Positions 1-8,691 of a DNA stretch of 20,000 nucleotides are shown here, piece after piece. Each line of letters starts with the position of its first letter. The first letter of the stretch is position 1. The position numbers were made by a program, and so were the translations under genes. The notes under the pieces were generated by a model. It made no database searches. It was given only the letters and a program-made list of their open reading frames with translations, and was not told the DNA's origin. Location: positions 58,536 to 78,535 of IMG/VR virus record IMGVR_UViG_3300038828_000071. One strand, written 5' to 3'. The stretch is from an uncultured virus (IMG/VR IMGVR_UViG_3300038828_000071). Lineage: Duplodnaviria; Heunggongvirae; Uroviricota; Caudoviricetes.

Positions 1-62
1 GGTATTAAAGATTCGTATTTCATATTAAAATTATTTTTAAGTTAAAGTCTCGTGTTTCAAAG

Positions 63-96
63 TCGGCAACGAACGCCAACCGCCAAACCGTTAACA
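63..96 (+). repeat. Right half of an attC-like site, left arm presumably outside the window
   Basis: 63-82 TCGGCAACGAACGCCAACCG is identical to 9893-9912 (right arm of site 10) and is followed by GTT at 90-92. Confidence 0.75.
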
Positions 97-130
97 GATA
101 TGGTATGAAGTAGATACAGCATACCATATC
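97..130 (-). terminator. Perfect 11-bp hairpin, possible terminator
   Basis: GATATGGTATG (97-107) / CATACCATATC (120-130), 12-nt loop, 6 nt past the stop of ORF 137..508. No clear U-tract. Confidence 0.4.
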
Positions 131-136
131 ATAACT

Positions 137-508
137 TTAATTATTAAAAAGCCAATTTGATTTTTCTGTGCTTTTAAATTCTGCTAAATATTTTTCAAAT
201 TGCTCTCTCTCACAATCTAATATTTCTTTAGCATCAATTGAATGCGAATAATCAATATTATCTAAAGATTTTAAAGTAAATAACATATTATCCTCCCATT
301 TTACACCTTCAATAGATAATAAAATTTCGGCTCTAATTTGTCTTTGATAAACAATTTGATACATACTCCACCATTTCTTAAATCTATTTTCTAATTCTTC
401 TTGTTGTGAACATTCTAAATTAGAAGCATCACTTTGAGAGTCAAAAAATAATTCTAAAGGATTTAATTTAGCTTGAACTTCATTTGCATTAATTACTGAT
501 TTATTCAT
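137..508 (-). CDS. Hypothetical protein (123 aa)
   Basis: ATG-started ORF co-oriented with all neighbours. Confidence 0.7.
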   Translation of the reverse strand: MNKSVINANEVQAKLNPLELFFDSQSDASNLECSQQEELENRFKKWWSMYQIVYQRQIRAEILLSIEGVKWEDNMLFTLKSLDNIDYSHSIDAKEILDCEREQFEKYLAEFKSTEKSNWLFNN

Positions 509-618
509 AATATTTTTAGCAATTATCCTTGCAATCGGGTTTAATTTATAATTTGTATTTTATGTTGCTAAATTGTCAAGTAAATTGATCATTAAACTTG
601 ACTTTTAATTTTTAGAAT

Positions 619-822
619 TTAACCAAACCACTTATCATAAAGTGGATTAAATATATCATATAATTCGTTTAATTTAGAACGTATTTTTCTAATTTTTTCA
701 AAATCATAATTTTTTTTGTCATTAATATCTGAATGATGTAATGACATTTCTTCATATTTTGAAATTTCTGCTTGTAATTTTAACATTCTAAGAAAATCTG
801 TTTTTAAAGAATTTAAACTCAT
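619..822 (-). CDS. Hypothetical protein (67 aa)
   Basis: ATG ORF 12 nt downstream of 835..1293. Confidence 0.65.
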   Translation of the reverse strand: MSLNSLKTDFLRMLKLQAEISKYEEMSLHHSDINDKKNYDFEKIRKIRSKLNELYDIFNPLYDKWFG

Positions 823-834
823 ATAATTGTGTTT

Positions 835-1293
835 TTATAATACCATTTTAAATTGTCCTTTTTTATCTTTTAAAATAACTTCCGGGCATGGATATTGTTT
901 TTGCATTAAAGGAATTAAAAATTGTTTATCAAAACCGGATACAATATCACTAAGCTCTTCCCAATTTTGCATTTTCCAATATTTAACTCTATTTGATTGT
1001 TCAATTATTGGTAACATCCATGTTGGTACATCAAATATTTGTGTAACAATCGGCCAACCATGATGTTTAAATGTCCTTATAAATCCGCCATAATCTCCTA
1101 AACTTTTAATTGGAGCTACTATAAGATAATTGCTATTTCTTGCCGATACTTTTTTACGCCATAATACTACCATCATTGGAAATTTCAATTTATCATATTC
1201 AGTTCTCCAAACAGGAATAGGTTCTCTATTTATAAAATCTTCGAGTTCTTTATCCCATCGTTCATTTAATTCTTTTTGAAATTGAGATTCCAT
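835..1293 (-). CDS. Hypothetical protein (152 aa)
   Basis: ATG ORF tightly packed after the methyltransferase. Confidence 0.75.
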   Translation of the reverse strand: MESQFQKELNERWDKELEDFINREPIPVWRTEYDKLKFPMMVVLWRKKVSARNSNYLIVAPIKSLGDYGGFIRTFKHHGWPIVTQIFDVPTWMLPIIEQSNRVKYWKMQNWEELSDIVSGFDKQFLIPLMQKQYPCPEVILKDKKGQFKMVL

Positions 1294-1305
1294 TGTTATT
1301 TTATT

Positions 1306-3009
1306 TTATATTGCTATTGATATTTTAATTAAACTTTCAGCATTAGCTTCTACTAACTTTTTTGCTACTAATGGAACAACTGAATTTCCTATTTGTTTTT
1401 TTTGTTCTGTTTGATTTCCTTTAAGTATATAATCTTTTGAAAAGCCTTGAATTTCTTTCAGTTCTTTTATTAATAACATTCTCATTTTGATATCAATAAT
1501 ACCATAAATAGCCATAAACTCCTTAATCTTTATGGTCATTTCAGAATCATCCTCAAACACTGCAATTGCAATTCTTCCTTGTTCTGCTTCAACAAGATAT
1601 GGAGGTCTTTTATCCATTCTTGCAATCAAAGTGAATGCAGGACGTTCTATGCTTCCACCAGCAGACTTATATTGCGGATTAAGAAGATAGTGCTGTTTTC
1701 TTGATGCTAAAATAGTGCCGTGTGGTTCATCTATCGATTTACCAACGTTACTAAATTGCGTGTCCATTACCCAATGCTCAGCCGTTACAAAATTATGTTT
1801 TGGCGTTGTTGTAACTGTCCCTGCTGGATAATCTATTGAAGTACTGTCAGAATTAGAATAACTCATCATTAAATAAGAGATTTTTGATATTCGATCCTTT
1901 GTTGTTAATGTTTGAGCAGGTAATTCAACTTCTCTATTTGTGCCATTTCCGTAATAAGACGACAGAAAATGTGACTGAACGAATGCATGATGATCTGATG
2001 TGGTTATAGTTCCAGCGGGAAGTTCTATATCTGAAACCTTTCCTTCAGGTCTGCCGGAATAGTATTTTTTTATAAATGCAGCTTTCACAATTCCAATACG
2101 TCCTTGTGTGCTAATAGTTGGGCATGGTTCATCAACTCCTGGTGGATTATGATGTCCTGATTGATTTATTGAATTGTACTTTAAAATCCATTTGTCCTTT
2201 CCACCTGCAACAAACTTTACTAATCCGGCATGTATTCTCTTTAATGTCGCATCTGAAAGTGGAATTTTTCTATCAAATATANNNNNNNNNNTGCCTTCTA
2301 TGTCAAAGTCTAAAACTTCTTTTACTGCTTTCCATGGTTTTTTATTATATTCAAAAAGATTTCCCATTTCTTTTTGTTTTTTTCTCGGATCATAGTGAGT
2401 TGTTTCTGGAAATGCTATTGGAAGACCGTGTTTTGCAAATATTCCGAAGTATCTATCTCTGGATGTGTATGCGCCAAAGTCGGCTGCATTTAGCATTTTC
2501 CAATTGTAATTATATCCCATGTGCTGCACAGTACGCACCCAATACATATAGTCGCATCCTTTATGCATATCTACTGGACGTCCGTTATTATCTAATTTTC
2601 CCCAAGACATAAACTCTCTGACATTTTCAATATATAAGTAGTCCGGGTTCAAATGCTCCAGGTACATCATTAAATCCCAAGCCAATGTGCGACTATCTCC
2701 GTCACGTGGTAAGCCGCCTTTTGCTTTACTGTAATTTGTACATTCAAGAGAAGCCCAAATATTGATGTAGCAATCCGGTTCTGCGAGTTTTAATTTATCA
2801 ACCAAAACCTTTAAATGTTCAACTACTTTAAAATCACGAATATCTTCCGTAAAATGTAAAGTTTTTGGATGATTTGCTTTGTGTGATGCTATTGCTTTTG
2901 CATCGTGATTAACACAAGCTACAACATCTAATCCTGCCAAATGGATTCCGGTAGAAGTTCCACCAGCTCCGGCAAACAAATCTATCCAGTAAATTTTTGG
3001 AGTTTCCAT
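1306..3009 (-). CDS. C5 cytosine DNA methyltransferase (Dcm-like, phage type)
   Basis: Motif I DLFAGAGG, catalytic motif IV variant SLECTNYS, motif VI ENV, motif VIII SRDR, motif X GNSV. The ORF spans an N-gap. Confidence 0.93.
   Translation of the reverse strand: METPKIYWIDLFAGAGGTSTGIHLAGLDVVACVNHDAKAIASHKANHPKTLHFTEDIRDFKVVEHLKVLVDKLKLAEPDCYINIWASLECTNYSKAKGGLPRDGDSRTLAWDLMMYLEHLNPDYLYIENVREFMSWGKLDNNGRPVDMHKGCDYMYWVRTVQHMGYNYNWKMLNAADFGAYTSRDRYFGIFAKHGLPIAFPETTHYDPRKKQKEMGNLFEYNKKPWKAVKEVLDFDIEGXXXXIFDRKIPLSDATLKRIHAGLVKFVAGGKDKWILKYNSINQSGHHNPPGVDEPCPTISTQGRIGIVKAAFIKKYYSGRPEGKVSDIELPAGTITTSDHHAFVQSHFLSSYYGNGTNREVELPAQTLTTKDRISKISYLMMSYSNSDSTSIDYPAGTVTTTPKHNFVTAEHWVMDTQFSNVGKSIDEPHGTILASRKQHYLLNPQYKSAGGSIERPAFTLIARMDKRPPYLVEAEQGRIAIAVFEDDSEMTIKIKEFMAIYGIIDIKMRMLLIKELKEIQGFSKDYILKGNQTEQKKQIGNSVVPLVAKKLVEANAESLIKISIAI
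2282..2291. other. Assembly gap (10 N)
   Basis: Run of N inside the methyltransferase gene. Confidence 1.
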
Positions 3010-3021
3010 TTTATAAATTAT

Positions 3022-3486
3022 TTATATTAATTTGCTTTGCATTTCAGTCAATTCGACTTTTAACCTTTCAACTTTTAGTTCTGCATTCTTTAAACTCAAT
3101 AAACCATTTTTATATGCTTCATCGTGTTCAATAGGAAATATTTCATTATAATCTTTCTTATAATCTTCAAGCCTAATTATGAATGCAGCAATCTTATTTG
3201 TGTATTCAGTTATTTTGGCTTTTTTTGCTTTGATTTTATTTTTTAATGATTTTAAAATATCATCTGGAGTTTCAGGAGTATATGTACCCCAAAATATTTC
3301 AACAAAACCTTTTGGATGATTAACTTTTTCGAGTGCTGCTCTATACTCAAAATACCATCTGTATTTGCTAAATAAATTAACATTTAAGCCATTCCAAAAT
3401 AATGTTTTATCTAAAATAGAGCGTTGTTTATAATATACTTCTATTTTAAAATAATACAAATCATCAAAAGCTGTAATTGTTTCCAT
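3022..3486 (-). CDS. Hypothetical protein with coiled-coil C-terminus (154 aa)
   Basis: ATG ORF in operon; K/E/L-rich heptad-like C-terminal half. Confidence 0.75.
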   Translation of the reverse strand: METITAFDDLYYFKIEVYYKQRSILDKTLFWNGLNVNLFSKYRWYFEYRAALEKVNHPKGFVEIFWGTYTPETPDDILKSLKNKIKAKKAKITEYTNKIAAFIIRLEDYKKDYNEIFPIEHDEAYKNGLLSLKNAELKVERLKVELTEMQSKLI

Positions 3487-3489
3487 AAT

Positions 3490-3957
3490 CTATTTAAAAT
3501 TAGCTTTGATTAAATTGTTTTGATACCATCCGTATAACTTTGAAAGTCCTTCCAGAAGCTTATTCAGTAATAATACAAAAAACTCGCTTTTAAGCGATCC
3601 TTTATAAATTTGGATATATTCTATCAAGTCTTCTATTTTTTTTAAGATAGCCTTGATTATATCGTTTTCTGACATATCTTTTACATCATCCGAACTATTA
3701 AGTTTGTTATCAGATAAAAACTTAATGCGTTCATCTAAAAGTGCTAATATTTTATTATTGGATTCTAAAAATAATTCCTTTAATTCCATTCTTTCTGTTT
3801 CTTCTAAATCGTTAAATTCATCAAATGTACTTATGTTGTATAACAATAAGTATTTTTTTTGCATGAGATCATCAAGTTTAGCTATTCTAAGAAACTCAAC
3901 TATCTCACCAAATTTTTGACGATTATAACTTTTTAATATGTTAAATGAATTTGTCAT
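3490..3957 (-). CDS. Hypothetical protein (155 aa)
   Basis: ATG ORF with 3-nt gaps to both neighbours. Confidence 0.75.
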   Translation of the reverse strand: MTNSFNILKSYNRQKFGEIVEFLRIAKLDDLMQKKYLLLYNISTFDEFNDLEETERMELKELFLESNNKILALLDERIKFLSDNKLNSSDDVKDMSENDIIKAILKKIEDLIEYIQIYKGSLKSEFFVLLLNKLLEGLSKLYGWYQNNLIKANFK

Positions 3958-3960
3958 ACA

Positions 3961-4380
3961 TTATAATCCAGTACTTCCATATCCACCGGTTCCTCTTTCT
4001 GTTTCAGATAATTCTAATACAGGTATAAAGTTTATTTGTGGATATGGCATAATTATTAATTGCGCTGCTCTATCTCCAATTCTATAAATAGAATTTTCTT
4101 TGGTACCCAACATTACTGCTGTTATTTCTCCACGATAGCCACTATCGATTACTCCAACAGAATTACTTAATATCTGTCTTTGTTTATAAATGCTACTTCG
4201 AGGAAAAACTAATCCAACATATCCTTTTGGTATTTCAATAGCAATACCAAATTTATATTGAATATGTTCATTGTCAATTTGATTCATTTCTACTACGGTT
4301 AAATCCATTCCGGCATCACCATTTTTAGAATAAGCTGGAATTACGCTATCTTTAGATAACTTTTTTATTTTTACGTCCAT
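3961..4380 (-). CDS. dut: Trimeric dUTPase
   Basis: All five motifs: AGMDL, PRSS, GVIDSGYRGEI, AQL, RGTGGYGSTG. Confidence 0.97.
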   Translation of the reverse strand: MDVKIKKLSKDSVIPAYSKNGDAGMDLTVVEMNQIDNEHIQYKFGIAIEIPKGYVGLVFPRSSIYKQRQILSNSVGVIDSGYRGEITAVMLGTKENSIYRIGDRAAQLIIMPYPQINFIPVLELSETERGTGGYGSTGL

Positions 4381-4381
4381 T

Positions 4382-4714
4382 TTAAAAAAAGTTTTTTTTT
4401 GTTTTTAATTTATTATTATATGCTCTATTGTGTTTTTCATCTGCCAATTCTTTATGGTTTTCTGGATATTCTAATATTTCACATTTAGGATATACATTTC
4501 TTCCTTTTCTTCTTATTTTAGAACCAATTAAAATATCACTATCATCAGATTCTTCAACTAATATTGTAAATGTATGCTGACCTTTTAAAGAACCATAACT
4601 ATCTTTAATTATTGTTCCAATTATAGTTCTATCGTGAGAATATGAAGCATTTGGATAATTACCAATAAATACAGCTTCTTTGAATTTTATTTTACAATTA
4701 ACTGTTAAATCCAT
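4382..4714 (-). CDS. Hypothetical protein (start revised to MDLTVNCK, 110 aa)
   Basis: ATG at 4714 lies 1 nt after the exonuclease stop and avoids the 71-nt overlap of the 4786 start. Confidence 0.7.
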   Translation of the reverse strand: MDLTVNCKIKFKEAVFIGNYPNASYSHDRTIIGTIIKDSYGSLKGQHTFTILVEESDDSDILIGSKIRRKGRNVYPKCEILEYPENHKELADEKHNRAYNNKLKTKKNFF

Positions 4715-4715
4715 T

Positions 4716-5546
4716 TTAATTATTATTTGTAATTTGATTAATGTACATAAACATATCAGAATACTTTGTTTTAAGATATTCTTCATTACCTGTTCTTGTC
4801 TTTAATAACATCCAGTTCTCGCAAAATTTATCAATGCCTTCTATTTGTCCATGTTTTTTGATATACTCATACATTGCTAAATTTATATAATCATCTTCAT
4901 TTACTGCAGCATCTAATATTTTGGTAGCCATTACATGACCAATTCCTTGTATTCCGGTTATGTTATCAGTAACATCACCAACAAGTAATTGATATGCCAA
5001 ATTACGCTTTGCTTTATTTTGATCTACTAAATGATAATCTCCATTTTTAAAATTATAATGAAGCCCGGGAATTTGTTGCAAATCTTTATCATCAGAAATA
5101 ATAAAAGTATTTTTATTGCAAACCATGGATATCAAATCATCGGCTTCAATATCATCATATTTGAAAACAATTCCATATTTTCTGAATGCGTTAGGTATAG
5201 CTGCTAAATCTTGCATCTTACCATCATACATATAAGGATCAACTTTATCAGTTCTATTGCCTTTATATTTTTTAGTAAATCCAATTTTATCTCTGAAAGT
5301 ATTTTCAGATTTACCGGAAAAGAAAAATACTAAATATTTAAATTTAATAGAATTATTTATTTCGTTTATGATGCTATCAAGAGCTTCATCTACGGTTAAT
5401 TGTTCACCAGTATCTTGTATGTTCTTATAGATACGATAAGTAATTATGTATTTATACTTATCGGCATCAATAAGAGCTACCATATCAGAAGTATTATATA
5501 CTTCTTGTGAGTTTGATGATGTTGGTTTAAATGGTTTAATTTCCAT
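4716..5546 (-). CDS. 5'-3' exonuclease / flap endonuclease (T7 gp6 / T4 RNase H-like)
   Basis: LIDAD, YKGNR, EADD, DKDL and H3TH motif GDVTDNITGIQGIG. Confidence 0.9.
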   Translation of the reverse strand: MEIKPFKPTSSNSQEVYNTSDMVALIDADKYKYIITYRIYKNIQDTGEQLTVDEALDSIINEINNSIKFKYLVFFFSGKSENTFRDKIGFTKKYKGNRTDKVDPYMYDGKMQDLAAIPNAFRKYGIVFKYDDIEADDLISMVCNKNTFIISDDKDLQQIPGLHYNFKNGDYHLVDQNKAKRNLAYQLLVGDVTDNITGIQGIGHVMATKILDAAVNEDDYINLAMYEYIKKHGQIEGIDKFCENWMLLKTRTGNEEYLKTKYSDMFMYINQITNNN

Positions 5547-5578
5547 AATTATTAATGTTTATTATTTATTATTTAACT

Positions 5579-5614
5579 TATAAACGAACCTGTACTTCGT
5601 TTACAGAGATGTTA
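5579..5614 (+). repeat. Array-heading site copy 1 (candidate attI-like site)
   Basis: 35/36 identical to 8100-8135; internal hairpin TAAACGAA/TTCGTTTA; ends in the GTT that begins cassette A. Confidence 0.7.
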
Positions 5615-5623
5615 TGTGCCATT

Positions 5624-5863
5624 TTAAGAGCCGACACTGAAAATGATACGCCTTACAACTCCATCTGAATTTATTTTATCAGATTGTGCCATCACAATGC
5701 GTTCAGTATATCCTTGCTTGCTTTCATTCCATACCCATTTCTGTCTGTTGCCATCATAGTCATACAATATTCCTTCTATTTCACAAATTTTAGTACAATC
5801 ATCTATTTTTGTACTCATTTGCATAACGTCACCACCAGCGACATAAAATTCGGTTTTTATCAT
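5624..5863 (-). CDS. Cassette A hypothetical protein (MIKTEF..., 79 aa)
   Basis: ATG at 5863 preferred over GTG at 5905. Bounded by GTTATGTGCC (5611-5620) / GGCACATAAC (5891-5900). Confidence 0.7.
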   Translation of the reverse strand: MIKTEFYVAGGDVMQMSTKIDDCTKICEIEGILYDYDGNRQKWVWNESKQGYTERIVMAQSDKINSDGVVRRIIFSVGS

Positions 5864-5893
5864 TTCAATTAAGATTTGTGAAGAAAAAACGGC

Positions 5894-6024
5894 ACATAAC
5901 AGCACCTAACCAAAATTGGCGGTTTAGTGGTTATATCAACGTTTCTGCTTCGGTTTAACATTATTTTATATTCAAGTTTTGTGCTTCGTAATCGCCAACT
6001 TCGGTTAGCTGCAAAACGTTAGCG
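5894..6024 (+). repeat. attC-like site 1 (131 bp)
   Basis: ACATAAC...GTTAGCG; arms CTAACCAAAATTGGCG (5906-5921) / CGCCAACTTCGGTTAG (5993-6008). Confidence 0.85.
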
Positions 6025-6048
6025 GTAATGTAAAAGATACCGCCTAAA

Positions 6049-6456
6049 CTATTCGTATTTAATAAATAATTCATTTACTTTTTCTTCTAATTCGTTTAAA
6101 AAAGTAGTGTTTAGAATTTGTTTTAATCTATCTTTTTCAAATTTTTCATTACCATTCCAAAAAGAAATTGAAACGCTTTCTTTTGAGTTTATATAACTGA
6201 TTTTATCAAACCAAAAATTAAACTGAACATTTTTTTTAGGAAATTTTAAATGATAAGATAGATTGAAGTTGTTATCTATTTGTCTCCAAAATTCATAGTT
6301 AACAATTTTAATTCCGTCATTATAGCTTTCACTTGCATTTGGAAATTTAGACATAAACTCTCTAAATCTATTTTCAGTAAGCAATACACTACCGCTAACA
6401 CTCGTTTGCACGCATTGCGGTTTTTGTGGTTCAATGATATTTTTATTTCGCATCAT
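6049..6456 (-). CDS. Cassette B hypothetical protein (135 aa), starts inside site 2
   Basis: Cassette ends GTTAGCGGTA (6018-6027) / TACCGCTAAC (6390-6399). Confidence 0.7.
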   Translation of the reverse strand: MMRNKNIIEPQKPQCVQTSVSGSVLLTENRFREFMSKFPNASESYNDGIKIVNYEFWRQIDNNFNLSYHLKFPKKNVQFNFWFDKISYINSKESVSISFWNGNEKFEKDRLKQILNTTFLNELEEKVNELFIKYE

Positions 6457-6525
6457 ATTTATTTTTAAGTTGAAAATTTGTCGTTACGAACTCCGCAACG
6501 ACGAGCAAGCGAGATAACGTTACCT
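6393..6525 (+). repeat. attC-like site 2 (133 bp)
   Basis: Arms CTCGTTTGCACGCATTGCGG (6401-6420) / CCGCAACGACGAGCAAGCGAG (6493-6513); GTT at 6519. Confidence 0.8.
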
Positions 6526-6531
6526 GCAAGG

Positions 6532-6747
6532 CTACTCATCCGTTTCAAAATCACATTCCAATTCATCTAACAAAATGGGGTGAATACTATTTGCTTCAAA
6601 TCCACTTTCATTTGCAGCATCATAAACCATCATTTCCCAATCCTCGACCAGTTTGTTAATCTTACGTTTGAAATTTTTAAACTGCTCTTCCGTAATAGGT
6701 TTGTCAGTTTCAAAGTCAAAATTTAGTGTTCCTGTAATTGTTGCCAT
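6532..6747 (-). CDS. Cassette C acidic hypothetical protein (71 aa)
   Basis: Cassette ends GTTACCTGC (6519-6527) / GCAGGTAAC (6792-6800). Confidence 0.75.
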   Translation of the reverse strand: MATITGTLNFDFETDKPITEEQFKNFKRKINKLVEDWEMMVYDAANESGFEANSIHPILLDELECDFETDE

Positions 6748-6793
6748 TTTATTGTTGTTTAAAAATTAAGTTCCTACTGATAAACCGCCCAGC

Positions 6794-6887
6794 AGGTAAC
6801 AGCGGTTTGGCAAAAGCTGCCAGAAAGTTTTGTGCGAAAATTCAAGTTCCCGTTAGGCAGCCTTCGCCAAGCCGCAAAACGTTAGGG
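6794..6887 (+). repeat. attC-like site 3 (94 bp)
   Basis: Arms GCGGTTTGGCAAAAGCTGCC (6802-6821) / GGCAGCCTTCGCCAAGCCGC (6856-6875). Confidence 0.88.
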
Positions 6888-6892
6888 TGCAT

Positions 6893-7165
6893 TTAAGACA
6901 CCCCAACCAATTCGCAACTTTTGAAAAATTCGTCCATTTCAGACTTATTCTCAAACTTTACTTTTAAACCTTCGACAATTCCTTCTTCGGTTCTGGGTTT
7001 TACGATTGTTAGCCAATGCCCGTCAGAACAATGACAAGTATCAATTCCGCAACCGCCATTGTCTTGGCTCATTACAATTTTCCCTTTTGTTTCAACTGCT
7101 CCAGCTTCATTTTCAAAAGTTCCGTCAGGTTTTACACCTTCCCATTTAAAAGACTCTATTTTCAT
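6893..7165 (-). CDS. Cassette D hypothetical protein (90 aa, CxxxxCHC motif)
   Basis: Cassette ends GTTAGGGTGC (6881-6890) / GCACCCTAAC (7184-7193). Confidence 0.75.
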   Translation of the reverse strand: MKIESFKWEGVKPDGTFENEAGAVETKGKIVMSQDNGGCGIDTCHCSDGHWLTIVKPRTEEGIVEGLKVKFENKSEMDEFFKSCELVGVS

Positions 7166-7186
7166 TTTGATTTAAATAAAAACGCA

Positions 7187-7316
7187 CCCTAACAAAGTAT
7201 AACCAAAAGCGGGGCGACATTCGCAAATTGGTAATTTGTGCTGCTAATTAACTTTGTACCGAAGGATAAGGCAGCAGCACTTAATCCCCGCCTTCGGTTA
7301 TACTCGACCGTTATGT
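7187..7316 (+). repeat. attC-like site 4 (130 bp)
   Basis: Arms AGTATAACCAAAAGCGGGG (7196-7214) / CCCCGCCTTCGGTTATACT (7286-7304). Confidence 0.88.
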
Positions 7317-7568
7317 GGCATTATAACAAATCAACCGAACTGCTTTCCAAAATCCGTGTTGTTTAATTAAATTATCCACATAGTGTCTATCTGGCGAGTG
7401 TCCTTCACTTCCGTATATATTATACAAATAAGATGGATAGCACTTTGAACGAAAAGAATAACGCCACATAACACGCAATATAAGTAACCAATGGTGTAGT
7501 GGTTTATTCAAGTTCTGTTTTTCAATTTTACGTTTCATATAATTTGATATTAAGTTTTTCAAAATCAT
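7311..7568 (-). CDS. Cassette E hypothetical protein (start 7568 or 7538, both inside site 5)
   Basis: Cassette ends GTTATGTGGC (7310-7319) / GCCACATAAC (7463-7472); the stop codon is the TAA of the core. Confidence 0.55.
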   Translation of the reverse strand: MILKNLISNYMKRKIEKQNLNKPLHHWLLILRVMWRYSFRSKCYPSYLYNIYGSEGHSPDRHYVDNLIKQHGFWKAVRLICYNAT

Positions 7569-7596
7569 TGGCTACTCATATTGCCATCCGTTATAT
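7466..7596 (+). repeat. attC-like site 5 (131 bp)
   Basis: Arms GCAATATAAGTAACCAATG (7475-7493) / CATTGGCTACTCATATTGC (7566-7584). Confidence 0.88.
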
Positions 7597-7602
7597 GCCA
7601 GT

Positions 7603-8061
7603 TTAAGAAACGTACTGCGAACATATTGCAATTACTTTTTGACATTGTTCTACATCAAACATTCCTATATGACATAAATCACGTTCAATGTTCATCTGTT
7701 TACTTAGCCATAAATAAGCCTTATTCCTATTTCCTAAATTAGGTATAAACTCTTTCCAAATCTTATTTATCAATCCTGTTTTAGCTATTTGGTCAAAGTA
7801 ATAATGAGCCTGTTTCTTTGCGTCCCTAAGTTCTTTATTTGCTAATCTCCCTAAGGCATTATCAGTTCCTTTATGTACACCAACGTAAGCATCACATGGC
7901 TTACAAATATAAATCATACCATAACTTTTACCATAAACAAATGAACTATCTATATACTCGGTTTTTGAGCCACAATAAGGGCAAATAAAACCGGCATATA
8001 ACACACGGTCATCAGCAATATTTGCCGTGCTTTGTGGATTATTTTCTGCTAATTTTGTCAT
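7603..8061 (-). CDS. Cassette F zinc-finger protein, DUF3268-like
   Basis: CPYCG...CKPCDAYVGVH...LGRLA...AH...AYLWL...HIGMFD pattern. Cassette ends GTTATATGCC (7590-7599) / GGCATATAAC (7993-8002). Confidence 0.8.
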   Translation of the reverse strand: MTKLAENNPQSTANIADDRVLYAGFICPYCGSKTEYIDSSFVYGKSYGMIYICKPCDAYVGVHKGTDNALGRLANKELRDAKKQAHYYFDQIAKTGLINKIWKEFIPNLGNRNKAYLWLSKQMNIERDLCHIGMFDVEQCQKVIAICSQYVS

Positions 8062-8099
8062 TTGTTTTTCAATTAATATTATTATTTAATTATTTCGAG

Positions 8100-8135
8100 T
8101 ATAAACGAACCTGTACTTCGTTTACAGGGATGTTA
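8100..8135 (+). repeat. Array-heading site copy 2, in place of the right arm of site 6
   Basis: Near-identical to 5579-5614; not complementary to the left arm at about 8003-8030. Confidence 0.7.
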
Positions 8136-8151
8136 GCGGAGATTGTTCTAA

Positions 8152-8355
8152 TCACGTTTCAAAAGACGAAATAAAATTGTAAATTTCTTCAACTTTATCA
8201 ATATCAATCTCGTTTTTAAATTCATAATTAAAAACTACTTTTTTATTACTTGATTTAATTTCTTTTGTAAATAAGTTTAAAGATAAACATCCTTTAATAT
8301 ACCAATTTCCTGCTTTATGATAACCAAGATTTTGTAATTTTTCAAATAATAACAT
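8152..8355 (-). CDS. Cassette G second gene, hypothetical (67 aa)
   Basis: ATG ORF overlapping the upstream gene by 14 nt. Confidence 0.65.
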   Translation of the reverse strand: MLLFEKLQNLGYHKAGNWYIKGCLSLNLFTKEIKSSNKKVVFNYEFKNEIDIDKVEEIYNFISSFET

Positions 8356-8521
8356 TTTTCTGTTTTTTATTAATTAAACTTTGCGCAGCTCTTTTTGTTT
8401 TAGTAGTGGAGTTTGAACCTTTCCACAACCACATTGCATAATCAAAATCATTGTCAACTATCCAACTTATCAATTTGCCTTTATATTTTCCAAATTGTGC
8501 TTTTTGTTCTTCTGATTTCAT
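8342..8521 (-). CDS. Cassette G first gene, small FGKYKG-motif protein (DUF3820 / exonuclease X C-terminal-like)
   Basis: FGKYKGKLISWI...DYAMWL; ATG at 8521. Cassette ends GTTAGCGGAG (8132-8141) / CTCCGCTAAC (8550-8559). Confidence 0.7.
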   Translation of the reverse strand: MKSEEQKAQFGKYKGKLISWIVDNDFDYAMWLWKGSNSTTKTKRAAQSLINKKQKNVII

Positions 8522-8552
8522 AAAAAATTCCTTATTAACGACCCACAACCTC

Positions 8553-8685
8553 CGCTAACAGCAGTTACACAAGATTTGGGTTTTAGGTTTTCTGTATTCA
8601 TTGTTTTGTACTTTTAAATATTAGTGATTAATCGAAGATTTAGGCTTACTTTTCCCAAACCTCGTGTAGCTGCGAACCGTTAGCC
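8553..8685 (+). repeat. attC-like site 7 (133 bp)
   Basis: Arms GCAGTTACACAAGATTTGGG (8561-8580) / CCCAAACCTCGTGTAGCTGC (8654-8673). Confidence 0.88.
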
Positions 8686-8691
8686 GCAAGC

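Noticed and set aside
2282..2291. Intron, intein or frameshift in the methyltransferase
   Set aside because: It is an assembly gap; the flanks (DIEG / IFDRK) read as contiguous protein, so no insertion can be claimed.
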